Part shown: in pieces, positions 29,365-40,672 of the stretch
How positions within the stretch are numbered: the stretch's first letter is position 1
Layout: every line of letters starts with the position of its first letter
From: Fibrobacterota bacterium
Lineage (GTDB): Bacteria; Fibrobacterota; Fibrobacteria; UBA11236
Direction of reading: 5' to 3'
Assembly (NCBI GenBank): GCA_028287505.1
Contig: JAQBPN010000070.1
Location: 3,671 to 67,670 of the forward strand
DNA: 64,000 nucleotides
Notes under the pieces: model-generated
What the model saw: the letters and a program-made list of their open reading frames with translations, nothing else
What the model was told of the DNA's origin: nothing
Databases searched by the model: none
Made by a program: the position numbers and the translations under genes

Positions 29365-29581
29365 CCCGTTATTATACCCTTTCCCAAGGGCTGGAACGCA
29401 ACCGGAGAGTTATTCGGCGATACAGTCCGTCGTAAGGTTATCCGGATCCCGATGGCCCCGGAATGCGGCGCGCCGGATCGCGCCATGAAATTGTTTCGGG
29501 GCATGGCCCCATTAGATAGATTCTATCCGTTCCGGATATCACAGAAATGTTCCGCGAGCAACGGTCCCCCGGAGAATTTCC

Positions 29582-31657
29582 ATGGCCGGTTCAAAAACGC
29601 CCGGTTCCAGATTGGCTCTGCCGCTTTCCCTGCTGGCATTCTGCGCCATCCACCGGGAAGCCGGGGCCGGAACCGAAGGGGATCCGCAAGGTCCGATTTT
29701 CCGGAAGCCGAGTTTCTCCCAAATGGAACGCGTCGTCGTGGTCTCCAAAAAACCGGAAAGCATCCTGGAAGCGCCCGGTACGGTTTACGTCATCACGGAT
29801 GAGGATATCGAAAGGTTCGGCTGGCGGGACATGCGGGAGATCCTATGGTCCATCCCGAACATGGATCAGGTATGGCAATTATACTGGGCGAACGGAGGAC
29901 AAAGGGGATTCACGGGGAATTCCGCGGGCACGTTGCTTCTCATCGACGGCAGGGAGGTCCAGAACCTGCTGGCCGACGAGGCCATGATGCAGAACTTTCC
30001 CGCGCACCGGATCAAACGCGTCGAAGTGCTGCAGGGGCCGGGTTCGGCTCTTTACGGAAGCAACGCGAGCGAAGGCGTGATCAACATCGTGACCAAGCTG
30101 GCCGATCCGCTTCAAGAAGACGCCTCCCAGGTGAGCTTCCTTGCCGGGGAAACGGACTCCCGGGGAGCCTACGCCTTCAGCAGGAAAAACGGCGCAAACA
30201 CGTCCTTGGGCGTGAGCGGGTCCTATTTCACCAGCCTGCAGAATTGGGGTCCCCTGCGTGATTTCATCGCCGATGACGGCCGCTTCTCCCGCCGTCCCTC
30301 CGTGGACTCCGTCCGCGACAAGGAATCCGATAAAGTGGTATTCCCGGTCGAAAGCGAAACCTTCGATTTCTTCGCTTCCAGCCCCCACGTCTATGCCGGA
30401 GCGAACTATTTCCGCGAAGAGAATACCGAAGGTATGGAAATGGTCCGCGTCCGGTTGGGGGAACGCACCGGTTACCGCCTGGCCTTCCACGGATTCGCCG
30501 GCGCCAAATATGAGCGCGAAGCACTCCAGGGCTTCGCCGAATACCGGTATAGCCGGGAACGGGACAATTTCCTCGGAGCGGACCAGACGGTGATACCGTT
30601 GCCCAATCGGGTCTTCCGGCCGGAACGCCATCGGCTGAAAGCGCAGGGAACCTACCGTTTCCCGAACCAGACCATTGTGTTCGGTTACGACGGGATAATT
30701 CATGAGACCGGGTTCTACGAGGACACCTCGCTGGTGGGAGGGCTGACCTATCCCTCCATTCCCTCCAGGATTTTCCGTACCTATCTGAATTCCGTTTTCG
30801 CCGAGAATACGATATTCCTCCTCGATGGGCGGTTGAAAATCAACGCGGGCCTGCGGGTTGAAAAGCAGAAAGGCATGGATCCGCAGGTGATTCCCCGCTT
30901 GGGTATGGTGCTCCAGGCTTGGCGGGGAGCGGCCGTCAAACTTCTCTATGGGCACGGTGTCCGGGCTCCCGGTCCGTTCGAGCTCAACAATGCAAGGAGC
31001 GCCGGGATTGCCGCATCGGAAGTACCCTCCCGCAAGACCGACGATTTCGAAGTGAATTGGGTCCAGGAATCCGGTTGGGGCGACTGGCGATTCGTAAACA
31101 GCATGTCGGGATACCACATGGTGGCAAACGAAAATTTCCAGCAAGTCCTCGTCCAGGATACCTTCCGGTTGGTCCTGGACGAGGACAAGACGGTGGATGG
31201 GGTCGAAGACCTGCTCCGCATTACCTGGCGCGAAAAGCATGGCGGTTTTCTGGGCGGCCGATGGATCGATCCATCCCGGACGGAAGTGGCCGGGGAGAAA
31301 ATAGTGGCTGACGTGCCCATCGTCCGCGGAAAGGCCGGATTGTATTCGCGATTGCTTCCCTGGATTCTCATCGGCGTGTTCATCGACGCATCGGGAGAGG
31401 TCAAAACGGATGCCAATTCCCCGGATGGAAATTCCGTCGAAGTCCTGACCATTCCCGGTTGGGTGAACACGAATCTCAACCTGCGCCTGGGTGACTTCGA
31501 TCTGGGAAAGCCGGGAGGAGCGAGGCTGGGTTTTTCCACCTTCATCGAGAATGTTTTCGATGAAACCTATTACCACCCCAACCATCGGGGAACGTCTCCC
31601 ATCCAATACATGCAGGCTCCGCGGAACATGCGATTCACCGCGGATATGAAATTCTAA
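29582..31657 (+). CDS. TonB-dependent receptor
   Basis: TonB-box-like ERVVVVS; plug motifs APGTVYVIT, LLIDGR, IKRVEVLQGPGSALYG..GVINIVTK; ENVFD..Y; C-terminal Phe. Confidence 0.92.
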   Translation: MAGSKTPGSRLALPLSLLAFCAIHREAGAGTEGDPQGPIFRKPSFSQMERVVVVSKKPESILEAPGTVYVITDEDIERFGWRDMREILWSIPNMDQVWQLYWANGGQRGFTGNSAGTLLLIDGREVQNLLADEAMMQNFPAHRIKRVEVLQGPGSALYGSNASEGVINIVTKLADPLQEDASQVSFLAGETDSRGAYAFSRKNGANTSLGVSGSYFTSLQNWGPLRDFIADDGRFSRRPSVDSVRDKESDKVVFPVESETFDFFASSPHVYAGANYFREENTEGMEMVRVRLGERTGYRLAFHGFAGAKYEREALQGFAEYRYSRERDNFLGADQTVIPLPNRVFRPERHRLKAQGTYRFPNQTIVFGYDGIIHETGFYEDTSLVGGLTYPSIPSRIFRTYLNSVFAENTIFLLDGRLKINAGLRVEKQKGMDPQVIPRLGMVLQAWRGAAVKLLYGHGVRAPGPFELNNARSAGIAASEVPSRKTDDFEVNWVQESGWGDWRFVNSMSGYHMVANENFQQVLVQDTFRLVLDEDKTVDGVEDLLRITWREKHGGFLGGRWIDPSRTEVAGEKIVADVPIVRGKAGLYSRLLPWILIGVFIDASGEVKTDANSPDGNSVEVLTIPGWVNTNLNLRLGDFDLGKPGGARLGFSTFIENVFDETYYHPNHRGTSPIQYMQAPRNMRFTADMKF

Positions 31658-31674
31658 GGAAGGGATTCCGGCCC

Positions 31675-32253
31675 ATGCTGTCATTTGCCTCCAAAGCCGC
31701 GGTCGCCATGTCCATGCTGATCGCCGGCAGCGGCGCGGCGGTCGCGGAGTCGGCGATTTCGGCCCCGGAATACAATGTCAAGGCCGGGTATCTGTTGCTT
31801 TTCATCCGCTATGTGACATGGCCCGACACCACGTTCGCATCGCCGCAATCCTTCATCATCGTCGGGGTTTTGGGAAGGGATCCATTCGGAAAAGTGCTGG
31901 AAGAAACGTTCGCGGATGCGGCCGGCATGACAGGACGGAAAACGGAAATCCGCCGGGTTTCCGATGTTGCGGGCGCGATGGGATGCCATGTGGTCTTCAT
32001 CAGCGATTTCGAATCCGGCCATACCGCGGAATGGCTGGCGGCATTGCGGGACAAGCCGATTCTTACCGTCACCGAAACCGAAGAAGGTGCGGATGCCGGT
32101 TCGATAATCAATTTCATCAAGGAAGGGAACCGGGTCCGGTTCGAAGTCAACCTGATGGCCGCGCACCGTGTCGGCCTGAAAATCGCATCGCCTGTGCTGG
32201 TGTCCGCGCGGAATGTCGGAAAGCAGGGCGGCAAAGAAGAGGGAAATCCTTGA
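31675..32253 (+). CDS. YfiR family (DUF4154) periplasmic protein
   Basis: EYNVKAGYL..FIRYVTWP, GVLGRDPFG, CHVVFIS, ILTV, FEVNL..A..GLKI signature. Confidence 0.9.
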   Translation: MLSFASKAAVAMSMLIAGSGAAVAESAISAPEYNVKAGYLLLFIRYVTWPDTTFASPQSFIIVGVLGRDPFGKVLEETFADAAGMTGRKTEIRRVSDVAGAMGCHVVFISDFESGHTAEWLAALRDKPILTVTETEEGADAGSIINFIKEGNRVRFEVNLMAAHRVGLKIASPVLVSARNVGKQGGKEEGNP

Positions 32254-34535
32254 TGGTCTCGATAATGGAAGATCCCGAAGAAGGATGGGGGCGGTTCAGG
32301 AACCTGCCCATCCAGCGGAAACTTTTTTTCACAATCGCTTTGACCCTTGGATTCGCGATCCTGGTGGCCTCGTCCGCTTTGCTCATCTATGAAGCCCGTT
32401 CTTTCCGGCCGCGCACCCTGGAAAAAGCGGAATCCCGGGCCGAAATGCTGGCCGAAATCCTGGTGCCTCCCATGGAATTCGACGACTCCGCCACTTGCGC
32501 CGCCTACCTCCGCACCCTGAGGCATACGCCCGATATATCCAGCGCGGTCCTGTGCGATACCGGAAGGAACGCTATCGCGTCCTATAGCAGGACGGCCGGT
32601 GACCCGTTTCCGCATCGGGTACGGACACTGCCGACGGGGCCGACTTTCGGCCCGCACGAACTCATGTATCTGCTCCCGGTATCCGATCATGGCCATCTGC
32701 TCGGATACCTGGCGCTCAGGGAGGAATTGCCCTCCTTTCTGGAACGCCTGCCCCAATACGGCATCATGCTTTCGGTGATCGCCCTCTCCCTGCTGGCCCT
32801 GGCGGCAATGCTCGCCCTTGTCCTCAAACACACGGTTACCGCCCCCATCGTCGCATTGGCCGGTATCGCCAAAGCGGTCGCGGAAGACAAGGACTACGGG
32901 CAACGAGTCAAGTCGGGAGGGAAGGACGAAGTGGGATCGATGACGGCCGCCTTCAACATGATGCTGGATGCCCTGGAACAACGGGAACATTCGCTGCTCG
33001 AAAGCCGCGCATTGCTCCAATCCGTCATCGACAATTCCATGTCGATTATCTTCGTGAAGGATCCGGAGGGGCGCTACATATTGATCAACCGGCGGTTCGA
33101 GGACATTTTCCACGTTTCCCTCCAATCGGTACGGGGCAGAACCGATCGCGATATTTTTCCCGAAGAATCCGCGGAAGCGTACCGGGCGGGCGATCTGCGC
33201 GCCCTGGCCGGCGGCAGACCCGTTGAGATGGAGGAACAGATTCCGCAGGACGACGGCCGGCATACCTACATCACGGTCAAATATCCCTTGCGCGACGCCG
33301 CCGGAAAGGTCTATGCGGTTTGCGGTATCGCAACGGACATCACCCAGATAAAGAATTATGAGGAACAACTCCGCCAAAGCCAGAAAATGGAGGCGATCGG
33401 CCGCTTGGCGGGCGGCATCTCCCATGACTTCAACAATCTCCTCACGGCCATCAACGGTTACAGCATGATGGCCTTGCAGAGCGTGGAAGCCGCCAATTCC
33501 ATCCATGGATTCCTGGAAGAGATCCTGAAGGCCGGCGAACGGGCCGCCGGCCTTACCCGCCAACTGTTGGCCTACAGCCGTAAGCAGATACTCGAGCCCA
33601 GGATCTGGAACCTCAATGAAATCGTGATGGACATCGAAAAAATGCTCCGACGGCTCATCGGGGAGGATGTCCGGCTGACCACCCGCCTGGCGCCGGATCT
33701 GAAGATGGTAAAGGTCGATCGCGGCCAGTTGGAGCAGATCATCCTGAACCTAGCGCTCAATGCCCGCGATGCGATGACCGGAGGGGGGGAATTGATCGTG
33801 AAAACCGGAAACGCGTTCCTGGATGGGGCCTATGCCGCGACCCACCCTGAAGTGGCCGCGGGTCCATACGTCCAGCTCGAGGTGAGCGATACCGGTTCCG
33901 GCATGAACCGGCAGGTCATGTCGCATCTGTTCGAACCGTTTTTCACCACCAAGGAACCCGGCAAAGGCACGGGGCTCGGGCTGTCCGTGGTGTATGGAAT
34001 CGTACAACAGAGCGGAGGATCCATTTCCGTATCCAGCGAACCCGGGAAGGGGACTACCTTCAGCATCTATCTGCCGACGACGCCCGTCTCCGGGACTTCG
34101 CAACCTGAAGGCGGCAAGCTTCCCGAGGGAGGCGCATTCCGGGGAAAGGAAACCGTGCTTCTGGTGGAAGACGAAGAAGTGGTCCGCAGGTTCACCCGGC
34201 ATATCCTGGAGGCCCAGGGGTACGCCGTTCTGGAAGCCGTCGATGGGGTCAAAGCGCTCGAAGCCATCGCCGGCCACGCCGGCCCGGTGGATTTGATCCT
34301 GTCCGATGTGGTGATGCCCCACATGGGCGGGCCTGAATTGGCCGAACGGTTGCGCAAGGAATCCCGGGACATTCCCATGCTTTTCATTTCGGGCTATGCC
34401 GATGGGGGTGCGGCCAGCTTGGGCCCATTCGCCGACGGAAACGATTTCCTGCAAAAACCGTTTTCCCCCTATAATCTGGCGAAAAAGGTGCGGGAAATCC
34501 TCGACCGGGTCCGAACCAGCGAACCCGAATCATGA
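32253..34535 (+). CDS. Membrane hybrid sensor histidine kinase (periplasmic sensor-HAMP-PAS-HisKA-HATPase-REC)
   Basis: Two TMs; [19 protein letters not shown]-box [10 protein letters not shown]-box NARDAM; DTGSGM, FFTTK, GTGLGL; REC VEDE..DVVMP..KPF. TGATG coupling to yfiR. Confidence 0.93.
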   Translation: MVSIMEDPEEGWGRFRNLPIQRKLFFTIALTLGFAILVASSALLIYEARSFRPRTLEKAESRAEMLAEILVPPMEFDDSATCAAYLRTLRHTPDISSAVLCDTGRNAIASYSRTAGDPFPHRVRTLPTGPTFGPHELMYLLPVSDHGHLLGYLALREELPSFLERLPQYGIMLSVIALSLLALAAMLALVLKHTVTAPIVALAGIAKAVAEDKDYGQRVKSGGKDEVGSMTAAFNMMLDALEQREHSLLESRALLQSVIDNSMSIIFVKDPEGRYILINRRFEDIFHVSLQSVRGRTDRDIFPEESAEAYRAGDLRALAGGRPVEMEEQIPQDDGRHTYITVKYPLRDAAGKVYAVCGIATDITQIKNYEEQLRQSQKMEAIGRLAGGISHDFNNLLTAINGYSMMALQSVEAANSIHGFLEEILKAGERAAGLTRQLLAYSRKQILEPRIWNLNEIVMDIEKMLRRLIGEDVRLTTRLAPDLKMVKVDRGQLEQIILNLALNARDAMTGGGELIVKTGNAFLDGAYAATHPEVAAGPYVQLEVSDTGSGMNRQVMSHLFEPFFTTKEPGKGTGLGLSVVYGIVQQSGGSISVSSEPGKGTTFSIYLPTTPVSGTSQPEGGKLPEGGAFRGKETVLLVEDEEVVRRFTRHILEAQGYAVLEAVDGVKALEAIAGHAGPVDLILSDVVMPHMGGPELAERLRKESRDIPMLFISGYADGGAASLGPFADGNDFLQKPFSPYNLAKKVREILDRVRTSEPES

Positions 34536-34557
34536 TTCCGCCGCGCCGGGAGCCCGA

Positions 34558-35946
34558 TCAGGGATGCGCTTCCCAGGCATTCCCCATGGCTACGCGCGCG
34601 CCCAGCCGCTGAAAAGTCCGGTACAGACCGTAGCGCGCCCGATCCAGGAATACGAAGTCCGGGGAGAATTCTATTCCTTTCACGGTCCGGAACAGGCGCC
34701 ATGCCTGGGCCCGGCACTCCTCGAAGTAATCCCCCGCCGCGCCGAAATCGAATGTCGCGACCTGGTACGGGCGGAGCACCCATTCCCCCATGGATCGCAA
34801 ATGCTTTTCCAGATCCGCGAAGTCCTCCCTGCGATCGGTGATGCGCAGGATGCCCAAGGCATCGTACTCCTCCACCAGGGAGTTGGCCGTCCCGGTTCCC
34901 CGGTATCCCTTGGCGTGCATGGCGAAAAGCCGCCGGAGATTGCCACTGAAGCCGGCAGGGAAGGATTTCACGCAGCCGAAATCGAGCATAGCGACGGCGC
35001 CGTCCGCCCGCGCCTTGCCCGGCCCTATCCCGTCCGACCGGGCTGCCCGGAAAAATTCCGGCCGGATGAGGAAATTCCCAGGGTTGGGATCGGCGTTCAA
35101 AGCATGGAGTTCATATACGGATTTCAGATAAACGCTCCAGAGAATGGCCGCCAAAGCGTCCCGCTCCGTCTGTCCCGGCGAACCGGCCAGCCACTCCTGC
35201 AGATGCACGCCATCCATGAAGTCCGTGGCGAGGACGGTCTCGCTGCTGAAGGACCGGTGCACGCGGGGTACGGCCACTTCCGGGATACCCAGGCTTTCCC
35301 GGAACCAATCCGTCCAGCGCGCCTCGTGCCCGTAGGAAAGCTCTTCCACCATGCGTTCCGCGACCTCGGACCAGACCCCCTGCACTTCCTTGAGCCAGGG
35401 CAGATGAGAAGCGAATCCCGCTACCATCGCCAAATCATTCTTGACCGTACGGGCGATGCCCGGATATTGGATCTTGATCGCCAGCCTACGGTCTTCATGG
35501 GTGACGGCAAGGTGCACCTGCCCCAGGCTGGCGGCCGCGAAAGGCGTCTCTGAAAATTCCCTGAAAAGCATTTCCGGCGGCGCGCCCAGGTTGGCGATAA
35601 GGGTCCGGCGCACCAATGCGCGATTCATGGGAGGGGATTGATAGCAGGATTTTGAAAGTTCTTTGCGGAATTCCTCCGGCAGCAGTTCCTCTTCCTGGCT
35701 CAGCATCTGGGCGAGCTTGAGGGGAAGGCCTTTCAGGCGCGCGCAGGCGGCGAAGAATGCTTCCCCGCGCTCCTTCCAGACCTCCTCGGGAGTCCCTTTC
35801 CCCCGGCGCATCGACCGTAGCGCCGAAGTGACTGCCAAGCGCCCGGCCACGCCGGCCCGCGCCAGTTTGGAGAGAGGCATCGCCTTGACTGTCGGCTCCT
35901 TGCCGGGTTTTGCCATGCGGTCCGCATCCTTCGAGGCGCGATCCAT
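34558..35946 (-). CDS. AarF/ABC1/UbiB family atypical kinase
   Basis: LKLAQMLS, PFAAASLGQVH, AIKIQYPG, ADPNPGN, LDFGCV. Confidence 0.9.
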   Translation of the reverse strand: MDRASKDADRMAKPGKEPTVKAMPLSKLARAGVAGRLAVTSALRSMRRGKGTPEEVWKERGEAFFAACARLKGLPLKLAQMLSQEEELLPEEFRKELSKSCYQSPPMNRALVRRTLIANLGAPPEMLFREFSETPFAAASLGQVHLAVTHEDRRLAIKIQYPGIARTVKNDLAMVAGFASHLPWLKEVQGVWSEVAERMVEELSYGHEARWTDWFRESLGIPEVAVPRVHRSFSSETVLATDFMDGVHLQEWLAGSPGQTERDALAAILWSVYLKSVYELHALNADPNPGNFLIRPEFFRAARSDGIGPGKARADGAVAMLDFGCVKSFPAGFSGNLRRLFAMHAKGYRGTGTANSLVEEYDALGILRITDRREDFADLEKHLRSMGEWVLRPYQVATFDFGAAGDYFEECRAQAWRLFRTVKGIEFSPDFVFLDRARYGLYRTFQRLGARVAMGNAWEAHP

Positions 35947-36713
35947 CAGGCCTTCCCGCGTTTGGGGACTTTGTCCTTGGGGGAAGCGGATGCGCTGGCC
36001 CGCTTGGACCCTGCGGCGTTTCCCTTTCCCATCCCGCCCAGATTCATGAGCAGGGGCATCAGATGGCGATTGACCAGGAACCCCACCAACTCATCCGCCT
36101 GCCGCAGCAAGGGACCGCCCACCACCGCCGCGAAAAGATTGAGGGTGCGATCGATGAACTGGCTGGTGTCCTCGTGATGCTCGGAATCGTCCTTGAGCCA
36201 ATACATCATCACCCCTATATAATGGCACCAGAGGATTTCTTCGACAATGCCCACCCAGCTTATTTCCGGGACCTCGCCCTTCGCCTGCGCCTCTTTCAGG
36301 AAGGACCCCGCGGTTTCCAGGTAGGCTTTGCGCATGGCGGCCACTTCCGACCACATCAAGCTGGCGGCCACGAAGGTGGGATGGAAAGTCTTTTCCAGGA
36401 AATCCTTTTCGCCTTCATATTGGCCGATTTGGAATTCCAGCAGCGCCTGGAGTTTTTCGACCAGGGAATAGGAGGATTTTTTGGCCAGGCCTTCGCCTTC
36501 CCGGCGCAGGCGCTCCATCTTCTGGACGTAATAGGCCAGCAGGATCTTTTCCTTGGACGCGAAGTATTTGTAAATGGCGCCGTCGCTGAGTCCCGCCGCG
36601 CGGGCCACGTCGCGGAGTGTCACCTCGGAGTAGCCTTTGGCGCGTACAAGCTTCACGAATGCATCGATGAAGCGTTGATGATGTTCTTGTTTTTTTTCCC
36701 GGGAGACTTTCAC
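35946..36713 (-). CDS. TetR family transcriptional regulator
   Basis: HTH GYSEVTLRDVARAAGLSDGAIYKYFASKE; YWLKDDS C-terminal motif; coupled to the ABC1 gene. GTG 36713 or ATG 36749 start. Confidence 0.9.
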   Translation of the reverse strand: MKVSREKKQEHHQRFIDAFVKLVRAKGYSEVTLRDVARAAGLSDGAIYKYFASKEKILLAYYVQKMERLRREGEGLAKKSSYSLVEKLQALLEFQIGQYEGEKDFLEKTFHPTFVAASLMWSEVAAMRKAYLETAGSFLKEAQAKGEVPEISWVGIVEEILWCHYIGVMMYWLKDDSEHHEDTSQFIDRTLNLFAAVVGGPLLRQADELVGFLVNRHLMPLLMNLGGMGKGNAAGSKRASASASPKDKVPKRGKA

Positions 36714-36802
36714 GTTCGGCCCCTTTTCCCTGGCTATAAATCTTGGCATCCATAAAAAGTCGATTATTGCACTTTAATGGATACTTATTTTCAATAATAA
36801 AC

Positions 36803-36828
36803 AAAAAAAAGCCATCCCAAAGGATGGC
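36803..36828 (-). terminator. Intrinsic terminator downstream of rho-proC
   Basis: Minus strand reads GCCATCC-TTTG-GGATGGC followed by T8. Confidence 0.75.
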
Positions 36829-37015
36829 CCGGGACAGGTAATCAATCTTCCGGCATCGGCGAAATTCACCGAAGTTTCGAAACATACTTTCGATTCCGAA
36901 GCGGGTCCGTCCGGGAAGCACCATAAAAAATGGTTGGTAAAGGGAGCCGGTGGAAGCCCTACCGGGCGGGCTCGGAGGAAACCGGCGTTTCTCTCGGAGA
37001 GAAACGCGGGTATTT

Positions 37016-37831
37016 CTATTGGCCCGAGAGGGCCTTGGAGCGCGCTACCGCGGCTTCCACCGCGGCGATGAGAATGCCTTTGAAGCCCGCAGTCTCCAGG
37101 ACGTGCAGACCATGAATGGTGGTTCCGCCGGGCGAACTCACCTTCGCCGACCAGGAGGAAGGCGACTCTTTGCCGCTTTCCAGGAGCTTGAGGGCGCCCT
37201 TGGCGGTTTGCAGGACCAGCGAGGTGGCGGTATCCCGCGCCAGGCCGGCTTTGACTCCCGCCAGGATCAGGCCTTCCAGGAATTCGAAAACATAGGCCGG
37301 CCCGCTGCCGGAAAGCCCGGTGACGGCGTCCATCTGATGGCTGGTAACGCGTACGGTACGTCCCGCCGCCTTGAAGATATGCTCGGCCAGCAGCAGCGTG
37401 GCTTCCGAGTTTCCGTCCGTCTCGATGGCGGTGGCGCCCTCCCCCACCGACAAGGGCAGGTTGGGCATAACGCGCACAATCTGATAGTCTTCGGGGAAAT
37501 GCGAGCGGATGTTCTCGCTGGTGACGCCCGCCATCACGCTCAGGACCACGCGCTCCTTGGGACCACTCCGGGGCTTCAGCCCGGGGGCGATATGATGGAA
37601 AATCTGGGGCTTCACGGCCAGGATCAGGACATCGCATCGATCGGGAAGGTCATGGGCCTGGACCATGGTCTGCACCCCCAGCTCGCGCTTGAGGGCCTCC
37701 ATGGTCGGGGCCAGGGTATCGTAGACGTAGACGTCTTTCGCCGCCGCCGTCCCCGAAGAAACCAGGGCGCGCACCAGGGCCGCGCCCATGTTGCCGCATC
37801 CGAGGACGCCGATGTTCTGGAAATCAACCAT
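37016..37831 (-). CDS. proC: Pyrroline-5-carboxylate reductase
   Basis: GCGNMG, LAVKPQ, RVMPN, GSGPAY, SSPGGTT. Confidence 0.96.
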   Translation of the reverse strand: MVDFQNIGVLGCGNMGAALVRALVSSGTAAAKDVYVYDTLAPTMEALKRELGVQTMVQAHDLPDRCDVLILAVKPQIFHHIAPGLKPRSGPKERVVLSVMAGVTSENIRSHFPEDYQIVRVMPNLPLSVGEGATAIETDGNSEATLLLAEHIFKAAGRTVRVTSHQMDAVTGLSGSGPAYVFEFLEGLILAGVKAGLARDTATSLVLQTAKGALKLLESGKESPSSWSAKVSSPGGTTIHGLHVLETAGFKGILIAAVEAAVARSKALSGQ

Positions 37832-39269
37832 TCATCGAGTCCAGGAACTCTTTGTTGGTCTTGGCGCCCTTCAACTTGTCCACCAGGAACTCCATGATTT
37901 CCACCGGGGACAGATCCTGCAGGTAGCGGCGCAGGATCCACACGCGGCGCAGGTCGTCCGGGGTCATCAACAGCTCTTCCTTGCGGGTGCCGGACTTGAA
38001 CACGTCGATGGCGGGCCAGATGCGCTTCTCGGAGATGCGCCGGTCCAGGATCAACTCCATGTTGCCCGTTCCCTTGAACTCTTCGAAAATCACCTCGTCC
38101 ATGCGGCTGCCGGTTTCGATCAGGGCCGTGGCGATGATGGTAAGGCTGCCGCCGCCTTCGATGTTACGGGCCGAACCGAAGAAGCGCTTGGGCTTCTGCA
38201 GGGCCATGGCGTCCACGCCGCCCGAAAGGATTTTGCCCGAATGCGGGATGACCACGTTATGCGCGCGGGCCAGGCGGGTGATGGAATCCAGCAGGATGAC
38301 GACATGCTGATTGTGCTCCACCAGACGGCGGGCCTTCTCGATGACCATGTTGGCCACCTGGATATGGCGCTCCGGGGGCTCGTCGAAAGTGGAGCTGAAC
38401 ACTTCCGCCGGCACGTTGCGGCGCATGTCCGTGACTTCCTCGGGACGTTCGTCGATGAGGAGCACCATCAGCTTCACTTCGGGATGGTTGCGGACGATGG
38501 AGTTGGCGATGTTCTGGAGCAGGATGGTCTTGCCCGCACGGGGCGGGGCCACGATCAGGCCGCGCTGTCCGCGCCCGATGGGCGTGAACAGGTTCATGAT
38601 GCGGGTGCTGATTTCCTTGGAGTCGTATTCGGCGTTGAAGGCGACGTCCGGATGCAACGGCGTCAGGTTGTCGAAGGAGACGCGATCCTTGCATACTTCC
38701 GGATCCTCGCTGTTCACCTTCTGGATGCGCAGCAGGGCGAAGTAGCGTTCGTTGTCCTTGGGCGCGCGGACCATGCCGGAGATGGTATCGCCGGTCTGCA
38801 GGCCGAAGCGCTTGATCTGGGTGGAGGAAACGTATACGTCGTCGGGACCGGCTACGTAGGAATGCTCCGGAGAGCGCAGGAATCCGTATCCCTCGTCCAT
38901 CACTTCCAGCACGCCTTCCGCATAGATGGAAGCGGTGCCGCCGCTCTCCCTCTCCAGGATGGAGAAGACCAGGGCCTGCTTGCGCAAGCTGCGGGGATCG
39001 GCGATGTTCAGGTCGAGCCCCATGTTGATGAGCTCTTTCATTCCCAGTTTCTTGAGTTCCGTCCAACGGTTCTTGGCTTCGGCCAGGGTGCGCGCGTTGT
39101 TGCTTTCCTGGTTCTCCCCGCCGTCCTGGGAATCCTGGTCGTATTCTTCCTGATCCCTACGACGGCCTTCAACGGCGGAGTCCCGGGTGTCGTTCTCCAT
39201 ACCGGAGAATTCTTCCTCCTTGGACTTATCCGACGTTTTTTTCATGGCGGCTTTCGGTTTCGTGGCCAA
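37824..39269 (-). CDS. rho: Transcription termination factor Rho
   Basis: [55 protein letters not shown] before TTG 39269; alternative ATG 39245. Confidence 0.97.
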   Translation of the reverse strand: MATKPKAAMKKTSDKSKEEEFSGMENDTRDSAVEGRRRDQEEYDQDSQDGGENQESNNARTLAEAKNRWTELKKLGMKELINMGLDLNIADPRSLRKQALVFSILERESGGTASIYAEGVLEVMDEGYGFLRSPEHSYVAGPDDVYVSSTQIKRFGLQTGDTISGMVRAPKDNERYFALLRIQKVNSEDPEVCKDRVSFDNLTPLHPDVAFNAEYDSKEISTRIMNLFTPIGRGQRGLIVAPPRAGKTILLQNIANSIVRNHPEVKLMVLLIDERPEEVTDMRRNVPAEVFSSTFDEPPERHIQVANMVIEKARRLVEHNQHVVILLDSITRLARAHNVVIPHSGKILSGGVDAMALQKPKRFFGSARNIEGGGSLTIIATALIETGSRMDEVIFEEFKGTGNMELILDRRISEKRIWPAIDVFKSGTRKEELLMTPDDLRRVWILRRYLQDLSPVEIMEFLVDKLKGAKTNKEFLDSMNG

Positions 39270-39493
39270 AATGGATCTCCTTAAATGCGGTGAATCCGGG
39301 GAGGGAAGGGTTTGGTGGAAATGATGGGATGTGTAACATCCGGAAAGATATAAAAAGGCTTCCAAAGGGAAGTACCCGTGGCGACGGGCTACCTAATTAT
39401 TATAACAATTTTACCGGGAAATGGCTCCGGTATCCGGCGGAAATCCCCATTTTCCGGGAGCCGGACACCCTTATTTGTATATTTCCGCACCGC

Positions 39494-40672
39494 ATGGCAC
39501 GCCCCGAAACTCTCGTTCTTCTGGCCCTTGGCAGCAACCTGAATGATCGCGAGGGGTATATCCAAAAAGCCCTGGACGCCATCCGGACAATCGCAACCGC
39601 GCCCATCCAAAAATCCAAAGTCTACGAGACTTCGCCGGTGGGCCCGGGTCCCCAAGGCAAGTACCTGAACATGGTGGTCCGCTTTTCCACGCGCCTGGAA
39701 GCGCGGGCCCTGCTCAACTTCTGCCTGGAAACCGAATCCCGTCTCGGGCGCAAGTCCCGGGGCCGCTGGGCCGCGCGGGAAATCGATCTGGACATCCTCG
39801 CCTATGGCCGGGAAATCATCCACGAGGACGGCCTCGCCGTCCCCCATCCTTCCATTCTCGATCGCCAATTCGTGCTGGTGCCCATGACGGATCTGGATCC
39901 GGATTTCATCCTTCCGGGTTTCAAGGAAACGGTGGGCAGGCAATTGCAGCGCTGCATCGAAGTGCAGGGCCCCCAGGACGTGGAGGAGTATCGGCCCATG
40001 CCCGCATCGCAAGTGTCCTTGCCGGAACGCATCCGTTACGTGGCCGTGGAAGGCGTCATCGGCGTGGGCAAATCGACCCTGGTCAAGGCCCTCTGCGATC
40101 GCATGGGATGCATGCCCCTGTTCGAGGAATTCGAGAACAATCCGTTCCTGTCCGATTTCTACAAGGACAAATCCCGCTACGCCTTCCAGACCCAGGTGTT
40201 CTTCTTCCTGTCCCGGTACCGGCAGATCCAGGAGGTCTTTCCGCAGCAGGATCTGTTCCGCCCGCAGATCCTCAGCGATTACATGTTCGCCAAGGACAAG
40301 ATTTTCGCCACGCTCAACCTGGACGAGAACGAAGTGAACCTGTACTACAAGTTCGCGGATATCCTCGAGCGGAACCTGATCAAACCGGATTACGCCATCT
40401 ACCTTCAGGCGGATACCAAGACCCTGATGAACCGCATCAAGCTGCGGGACAGACCCTACGAGCGGACCATGGACGAAGCCTACATCGAGGCCCTGAACCG
40501 GGCCTACAACCACTTCTTCCATTATTATTCCGGCTCGCCCCTGATGATCATCAACACCAACAACATCGATTTCGTCCGCAATCCGGAGGATCTGAACCTG
40601 TTGATGGAGACGATTGCGAAGGCGCCGGAGGGGGTTACTTACTTTTCGCCCACCTCCATGGGTAAGAAATAA
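39494..40672 (+). CDS. folK: FolK (HPPK) fused to a deoxynucleoside kinase
   Basis: ALGSN, YLN, REIDLDIL, VPHP..RQFVLVP, then the dNK domain VEGVIGVGKST, NPFL..FY, LRDRPYE. Confidence 0.92.
   Translation: MARPETLVLLALGSNLNDREGYIQKALDAIRTIATAPIQKSKVYETSPVGPGPQGKYLNMVVRFSTRLEARALLNFCLETESRLGRKSRGRWAAREIDLDILAYGREIIHEDGLAVPHPSILDRQFVLVPMTDLDPDFILPGFKETVGRQLQRCIEVQGPQDVEEYRPMPASQVSLPERIRYVAVEGVIGVGKSTLVKALCDRMGCMPLFEEFENNPFLSDFYKDKSRYAFQTQVFFFLSRYRQIQEVFPQQDLFRPQILSDYMFAKDKIFATLNLDENEVNLYYKFADILERNLIKPDYAIYLQADTKTLMNRIKLRDRPYERTMDEAYIEALNRAYNHFFHYYSGSPLMIINTNNIDFVRNPEDLNLLMETIAKAPEGVTYFSPTSMGKK

Noticed and set aside
34558..36713. TetR plus ABC1 kinase pair as a new system
   Set aside because: A familiar pairing in other bacteria; nothing unusual in the motifs.
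39494..40672. FolK-deoxynucleoside kinase fusion as a novelty
   Set aside because: This fusion and gene pairing is already known, for example in Bacteroidota.
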